A DNA stretch of 64,000 nt. It comes from Balanoglossus misakiensis. Its lineage: Eukaryota > Animalia > Hemichordata. The translations under genes were made by a program, and so were the position numbers. Under the pieces are notes generated by a model, which was given only the letters and a program-made list of their open reading frames with translations, was not told where the DNA came from and searched no databases. Position 1 is the first letter of the stretch. Each line of letters begins with the position of its first letter. The stretch is taken from NCBI GenBank assembly GCA_040954595.2, contig CM082576.2:8993129-9057128 (forward strand), written 5' to 3'. Positions 52,237 through 64,000 of the stretch are shown piece after piece.

Positions 52237-52260
52237 AAAAAAAAAAAAAAAAAAAAAAAA
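52237..52260. repeat. Poly(A) tract, ~24 nt
   Basis: Seen directly. Confidence 0.9.
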
Positions 52261-55200
52261 TATTCATCGGCATTATTGCAAACACGATACGGCCATCAAA
52301 TCCTCAGTAACTACAATGCCTTATAAATGACGTGAACACATACAAGTACATGTATAAACACATACGGTATACGGTGTAAACGGCTAAAAATAATTCGGCG
52401 TTTCTCCGTAACATATCTGTGGCTGATTCTCGTGTGTGGACACCGACACACAACCCTTGCTCGCACACTGGACTTCCTTATAAGCATCACGTGACGGTCA
52501 AATGGGGCGTAAAACTACCGAAATCGGACTGACGCGCCAATCATACGTGATGCGTTTACTTATTGGTCCAAATGATACTAGGGCCTAATTTACAAAAAAA
52601 AAACACCCGCGACATTAGCTTTACTTTCGGGGGGAAATATTCCGCTTTCCGGGCTCGAAACTCGTAAAATCACGACGTGGTATTTGATTCCCCCCCCCCC
52701 CCAAAAAAAAGGAAAGGAAAAATTATGATATTTCAAAAAGGAACCGAAATATTGACCTCTCAGCAGGCCCATTATCGAGTGGCCTTTAAAACATGTTCGT
52801 TTATAAGTCAGAGCAATTTAAATATCTGAATCTCTGTCGGCCGATAATTATTGACATTTATAGAAAGCTGCAAGCTTGTATAGAGATTGCCTGGCGGTAG
52901 TTTCCCCGAGATCCGGATCGTTAGTAATATGCAACCAATTTGTGTAATGCAGTCGGGTTGTTTCAGATCGAGAGGATGCGGTCCGTTGTTTTGGAAGAAG
53001 TTCGAGTATCTTCCGTGGAGGTTATGGTGACTGGTAAAATGTACCCGAAAACACTATTTGTGGAAACACCAGCTCATTGGATTTTGCACATTCAAGTTTT
53101 CGGTCAACTATGTTTATTATGCGATGACGCCACGGAATGGAAACGAAATAATAATTTCACGACCAGCAACGTCAACACACATAAAAGGAAGCGATTGGCT
53201 CCAAAAATAGACATATTTACAGGCTCCTGTTGGAAGAAATCTCAAAGGTTTCTGAATGTGGAAAACCCCAAAAGAATGAGTGTGAGTTTGGAGTGACGTG
53301 CCTCTATACGATCCGTCGGCTTTGTTGCAAATCTTCTTGATGTCTCATTATTATTGGCCGTGTTTAAAAACCAGCGGTAATTAATGAAACCGAAGGCCGC
53401 AGATTGCCATACTGCCACCTGTGCCACCGACAGATATTGTTACTTGCAGGTCGAAAGGACATTCCGCCAAAGCCTCGGCCATGCATCTTGAAAAAAAAAT
53501 CACCCTCGGAAATAAGCGTGTCACGTATATGCTAATAACTGTGGTTTTTATATTGTTTCGAATCAATGATCACAGCCGCCACGCCGCGATATACGACCCC
53601 CCCCCCCCCCGAAGTTGTCGAGATTCCGTGCAACGAAACTCTCAGCTCTGGCGCGCATGCGTGCATCGTGACAACTGAAAATTTAATAATGTGCAAAGGG
53701 AGCAATTTCTCTCTCCCCCCACAAAGCAGCCAAATGCACCTCAGGAAGAACAGATTGTCCTTTCAGAGCTTATTAAATAATCATGGCGTGTAATGGCCAC
53801 GGGGATATGGACATTTGTTCGGCATCATCAGTGTGTATATTAAGTACCGATGCTCCGCCGTGCCAATAGCGAAGTCGATCACACTCTCACGCTGGGCATC
53901 GGCGCCGGTGCGTTTGAAGCAATGAACGGGGCATTTTCTTCAGTCAGAACAAAACAATATGTAAATTTCATTCGAGGGAAATGCATTTATTCAAGGTGTT
54001 CGCGTTTCAGACCCAAAACAAAACTGACAACCAAATTAACAAAAGAGTGAATGGAGAGTCGATTAAAATGACTTTCATTAGGCCTTAGTCTCGATCGTAG
54101 GTAGCAATTTAGTTAGTAATTTGCCTGTTTTTTTCCATTAATTTATGGCATACATTTTACTCTCCTTTCCATTCCTTTGATTCTTACTTCAGAGGCCCTT
54201 GTTGGCTTTTTCATCATCTGTTAATCAGCGAACCTGAATGCTGAACTAAATTAGACTTTCCAATTTATGTTTATGACTGTCTTCTGGCATTATGGAAATC
54301 ACTTTGTCTAACCGATATGTCATCTCATCGGTTGTGTGATTTATTCGAGATTCCTCTGCTAAACCCGTATTATATACACATTCACAGACACGTTTGATAA
54401 ATTTTGAAACCGAGATTTTGAGCACACCATTCTTCTCGCTTGCCATTTTGATTATTAGAAAGTAAGGATTGATTGAGAGAGGCACAGTGTTACGTAGGAG
54501 AAGTTTGCTGTTGTTTTGTGACCAGGTGTGTTTTCGCTTACTTTCGTAATTTGAATATTTGCGTGACCAGGTGTGGTGCATTCATTATTTTCCCCATGTA
54601 AAAAGCCCGCACGTTGTGTTGCGGCGTAGCTACTAATTTGGACTTGCCCGTGTGAACTGTTCTGTTCCTCGCCGGCTTGGAAGCTGTGCCTTATTTCATC
54701 ATGATGCTGCACTGGTCTGGAAACCGCGCCCAGAAGTCGTGCTACTTCATGGGGAATTCGTCTGAAAGCCGTGCCGTCTACCGGGGAATCATTGTGCCAG
54801 AACGCTATACTGTACAACCTGACGGCAGCAAGCAAAAGGTAAAGGCGCCGCCTATCTCCACAGTTTTGATTTCTGCTTTCAATGATATTGATCTTTCCAA
54901 TGGGCAAGATAAACGAAAAAATCTACATATAAATTTTCTTGTCATGATATGCTTTCCTGAAGAATAATACGTGGTACATACCTGTTATTTAGCGGTGATG
55001 GATACTAGAATACCTGACCTTATTCCATTATTCGATATATCAATTATTTAGATGCATCCTATAATGAAAGGCGACCAGCCTCCAGTGGTTCAAATCAAAG
55101 TGATGCGTGGGTAATCAAGATTGCACTATGCATGTTTAATGCCACCTTGCCAACATTACGTTATGGCTCTGATGAGACGTCGGATAGGGGCTACGAGAAA

Positions 55201-55475
55201 TAACAAAAGTTTTACACAAACATGAGATTTCGTCTCGACCGATTCTGACACCACACCCTACGCCATTCACACATTGAGTGGTCCAAGCGTGCGGGTACAA
55301 ACGTGGGAGGGGTGGGGTGGATAAATGTAGACTCTAGGGGAGGCAGAACTCCTCGGACAAAAACTATTAATTAAAATCTGTTTAGCCTTATCTCCTTTGC
55401 TTCTGAATCTCTGACAATGGCTTTGGACCGAGGTAATACAGGTACCCGGATGCACGTGTAATCTGTGCTGGTCGT

Positions 55476-55515
55476 GTTACAGCATGGAGGTACTAGAGTA
55501 CCTCCATGGTTACAG
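55476..55515. mobile_element. 26-bp palindromic micro-insertion flanked by a 7-bp direct repeat
   Basis: GTTACAG [CATGGAGGTACT-AG-AGTACCTCCATG] GTTACAG. Confidence 0.6.
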
Positions 55516-56716
55516 CTACTGTACCCGGGGTACCCCGGGGGTGCCATGTTCTTCCATCAAGTTTTTCCTGCTTTGTTGTCGCAGTCGCATAAGATTTCAC
55601 GCGAATAAACACCCCTCCCTCCAGCCAATCGTACGTGCATGCACATAATATACATGATAGCTTCTCACATGATCACCTTCCCGCCCACCCGCACAACCAC
55701 CACCACATTCAGTCTAACATGAAAAGCCTCCACAGAAATGCACCAGGCCAATAAATGCCCAGTCACTGTTGCAAAATATTCAGAAAGAATTACATGTGCC
55801 ATCTTAAAGGGAAATCAAAGAACAATGAACTCACACACTTCAACCAATCTATCAAAACAATAGCACACAGTGTTGAATTTCATTGCCAGTGTCATGTTTA
55901 TTTACAAGTATTTTCAAAACATTTGTAAAATATTTTAAAACACTCCAACATGATAGTCAATATTTACACCACAATTTTCTATTTAAAAAAACCCCAGCTA
56001 ATCACCGAGGTCAAACTAATTTGATTGAACCATCATGCATACCACTTCCAGGGTCTGTTACATTACCACAACAACAGAATCAAAACCCTTTAACCAAACA
56101 ATAAGACCATATGTCTTCCTGTTCGCGCCTGGAACATTTACAAATAACCTCATGGCAAAAACGAACCTTTACCATTATGGTAATTATTTCCAGGTAAACA
56201 GACATATGGTACCATCAAGCTAAATATTTCTGTAAACCAGAAAACCCCCAACATCGGGACAAATATTTGAACCTCATTTGACATTTCTTTGAAATATTTC
56301 TTATCTTTGGTTCAATTCTACATGTACTGTGCTATACTCAGTAACGCTTCACTTTTATTTTCTGAAGACTGGTCATGAAAACGTGTACCCTGTGTCTTTA
56401 TCCATCTACTTTCGATGATCACCGGAAAATAATACTGATTTATCAATCTTAACTGTTTGCATTACTATTAATTGCAGCAAAGAAAAAAAGTAAGCTGATT
56501 TGAAACTGTATCAGAAACAGTAGAAACATTTCTCTACTGACTAATACAATCGCCAATGAGTATAGTCCAATTTAATTTCTCAGTGAGATATGTGTCCCTT
56601 ACACATTTATCAAAATTTGTTTTACAATATAAAAGTTCTCACTTCAAAAGTGAATACGACCTTTACAGATCTCAATATTGCCATGATTTCTTTTGCAAAG
56701 TGATAAAAAGATTCTT

Positions 56717-57396
56717 TTACTGCCTTCTGAAATCTCCTCTTTGGCCACCGGTCTTACTCAGCAACTTGATGTCCGAAATGGTGATGTCGTGCGACACAGC
56801 CTTGCACATGTCGTAGATGGTGAGCGCGGCGACGCTGACGGCGGTCAGGGCTTCCATCTCCACCCCTGTCTGCCCGGAGGTCTTGACAGACGCCGTTATG
56901 GCCACGCTGTGTTCCCCCTCGTTCAACGCCATCTCCACCCCGACTTTACTGATCGGGATGTTGTGGCAGAGGGGAATCAGGCCGCTGGTGTTCTTGGCCG
57001 CCATGATGCCCGCCAGCTGCGCCACCCCCAGCACGTCCCCCTTCTTCATCTTGTTCTCCCTGACCAACCGGAAGACCGTCTCTCCCAAGAGGACTCGGCC
57101 AGTCGCTACGGCGACTCTGCTGGTCGTCGGCTTGTGGCTGACATCCACCATCTTGGCTTGGCCGCTTTCGTCGACGTGAGTCAGAGCGACTCCGTCATTG
57201 TCTTTGTCCGTGGCCCGCGTGCAATAATACCGTGGGTTGTTGATTCGTTGTGTTGGCAGCGTCGTAATCGGTTTGACCATTGGAAAATTTGTAATTGCTT
57301 TTGGAAGACTGTAATTTAGCAAGTCTCTGCCACTGTGCGTATATTCAGTACTGCTTGATGTAAAATCAACTGGCCTCAATCCAGGCCGGAAATTTT
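56717..57396 (-). CDS. MOCS1: MOCS1B (MoaC, cyclic pyranopterin monophosphate synthase) terminal exon, with linker
   Basis: LTHVDESGQAKMVDVSHK, KKGDVLGVAQLAGIMAAKNTSGLIPLCH, GQTGVEMEALTAVSVAALTIYDMCKAV and LLSKTGG are canonical MoaC motifs. Acceptor ATAG| at 57397. Confidence 0.97.
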
Positions 57397-57745
57397 CTAT
57401 CAGAGGAAAGAATTTTTAAAAATCTATTAATTTCAGAGACCTTTACAGTGATATTCTAAACTCTACATATGGTGCAAGTGGACACTGACCACAAACATTT
57501 CAGGATCCCCAGTTAAAATTGCAATACTGTAATTGCAAGCCATGAATGTCCCACAATTAATAATTCTTGCACCTCAGAAGCCACAAATCAACAGTGAAAT
57601 TAAAATTGCAATTATTCAACGACAAATAATTTCAGGGCATATGCTGATCAAGGCAAATGCAAATGCAATTTTATATGCACAAAAAAAAATTAAAGTGCTT
57701 AAAAACATTGATGTATACATACTTAATGAAAGACAGAGAAGATGA

Positions 57746-62361
<4,616 letters not shown>

Positions 62362-62432
62362 TTTGTAAACAGTGTGGCTTACAAGTTACACTACGAATGT
62401 TCGAACTTTGATAACCTCTCTTGCTCTTGCGC

Positions 62433-62442
62433 TCTCGCGATC
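62433..62442. promoter_or_regulatory. TCTCGCGA-core (BANP/M22-like) promoter motif upstream of MOCS1
   Basis: TCTCGCGATC lies about 70 bp upstream of the MOCS1 ATG and is a near match to TCTCGCGAGA. Confidence 0.3.
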
Positions 62443-62935
62443 GCAGTGATCTAACATAGTCGTTCGCACCGGTTCTTCTGTCTGTTCCACTCTCTGCAGT
62501 CTATCATGCTCCGGCGTTAGGTGGTTGATGCACAGATTCTTCGGTGTTGCTGAAACGTTAACTCAGGGTGAGGATGACGCGGCTGATCTGACTCTGTTTA
62601 GTTTGTTCACCCCTTCCCGATAGCTAAACCCTTTTTGCGCATGCGTAAACGTTTTCGTTATAAATACAAGTACATATTGTATACATGATTGAAGGTGTAC
62701 AAAGAATATTGTGAAGACACCGGAAAGCAGGCATTTATCGGCAACATTTCGCACTGTAAGCAGTCGGCCCACATTTAAAGTCAAACTTCTACTTGAAATT
62801 ACTCAAAATTTCTACCTGGTGTAGGAAGTTTTCTTCGTTTTCTTTCTTGAACTTTTTTTCTAGCATCAACCGAGAGATCGAGACCAAGCTAGTAATATCT
62901 AGAGTGTCAAGTACTCACAATAACACACATTTGTC

Positions 62936-63090
62936 CATTCCTTCGTTCGTTCGTTCGTTCGTTCGTTCATTCATTCATTCCTTCCTTCCTTCCTTCCTTC
63001 ATTCATTCATTCATTCATTCATTCATTCATTCATTCATTCATTCATTCATTCATTCATTCATTCATTCATTCATTCATTCATTCATTCGG
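62936..63090. repeat. Compound (TTCG)/(TTCC)/(TTCA)n tetranucleotide microsatellite
   Basis: Seen directly. Confidence 0.97.
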
Positions 63091-64000
63091 TCATTCAGTC
63101 ATTGTGCAATGAAATATGCGTGGCTTATCACAGAGGCAGAAAGAGCAAGTTATGTTATTATTTTTATTAAATTTCATATGCCAATTTCTCAACCCATTTC
63201 CACCAATCGGAATACACCACTGATTATATGAGTTGTTATGAAATTTTAATATCAAAACAATACTAATGCATTGTGCAAAGCGAATGACAATGTACTTCGT
63301 AACCTCTATTAGATTAGGAAAGAAGTTTAGCTCTCCATAGATGACAATGTTTAGTTTGGTGCTTTATAGCTGTTATTTGGACAGTCCAAAGGTGACGTGC
63401 CAGTACATGTTTCAAAATCAGGGAACTCTGCTTAAACTTTGCCCACACATGCTCGAGTCGATGTCATTTTAAAAATGTCAAAATCTGATCTCCGCTTAGT
63501 AGTTTGCAGATTAATATTCGCTGACGGAAAAAATAGTTACAGAAAAAAAATAGACAATAGAGCTAATTTGTGTTTTATTCCAAGACACTTAGTCATAATT
63601 TTTAAGCTGCTAAAACGTAATGCTTCTTCCAGTCATACGGAACTGTGACGGTGGACATCGGGTTTATTTTATCATCGTATGTGGCCTGTTCCCTCGCAAC
63701 CCATGCGTTGGCCACGTCTATTCAGTGACTGTGTAAGCGCCCATGCCGGTCAATCCTGTCAGTTGCTTGGAACTGAACGTGGCAACCACCTGTCTTTTTC
63801 CCGGGCGTTTTGCTATCAACTTCACTCGGAGCATCGTGTTCTCCTCGGGCGCCACGTCCCTGAAACGTGAACATGGTTTTGTAACATTAACGTTTATCTA
63901 TGCAAGTATATTTTTGAGGAAAAAAAATAAAATGTGGAAGGGGTGATGTAAAATTAATATGAGTTGGTGAGTGACACACGGTAACTTTCATAGTCCCAGC

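Noticed and set aside
54677-54967. Possible small exon or ORF ending at AAG|GTAAAG
   Set aside because: No recognisable homology and no partner exons.
55160-55245. CTGATGAG hammerhead-like core (also near 58840)
   Set aside because: No properly paired stem II followed by GAAA, and no stems I/III could be built.
56693-57319. 208-aa + strand ORF
   Set aside because: Antisense shadow of MOCS1B.

Overview
This is eukaryotic genomic DNA: AT-rich, with many GT-AG introns and microsatellites. The gene content looks like an invertebrate deuterostome, possibly a hemichordate or echinoderm (inference). I reconstructed six genes by hand from splice sites and reading frames. (1) A polycystin-1-like gene (PKD1L/REJ family) on the - strand, running off the window start. 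(2) A type II membrane M28B peptidase of the GCPII/NAALADase family on +. (3) POP7/Rpp20 with an intronless CDS on -. (4) EIF2AK4/GCN2 on +, about 38 exons, head-to-head with POP7. (5) A GPR135-like orphan GPCR with a single coding exon on -, inside about 20 kb of non-coding DNA. (6) The bicistronic MOCS1 locus on -. The most notable observations are: the MOCS1A stop codon overlaps a cryptic donor, so two splice routes give a MOCS1AB fusion, and the linker carries an internal mitochondrial-peptidase-like site; RFX X-box motifs cluster around GPR135 and upstream of the polycystin; the polycystin ectodomain is reduced and its 5' exons are frame-inconsistent; the GCPII homologue has altered substrate-binding residues; and there is a 26-bp palindromic insertion with a 7-bp target-site duplication. 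No prokaryotic system, CRISPR array, tRNA or rRNA was found. All coordinates and homology calls were made by eye, without database searches.
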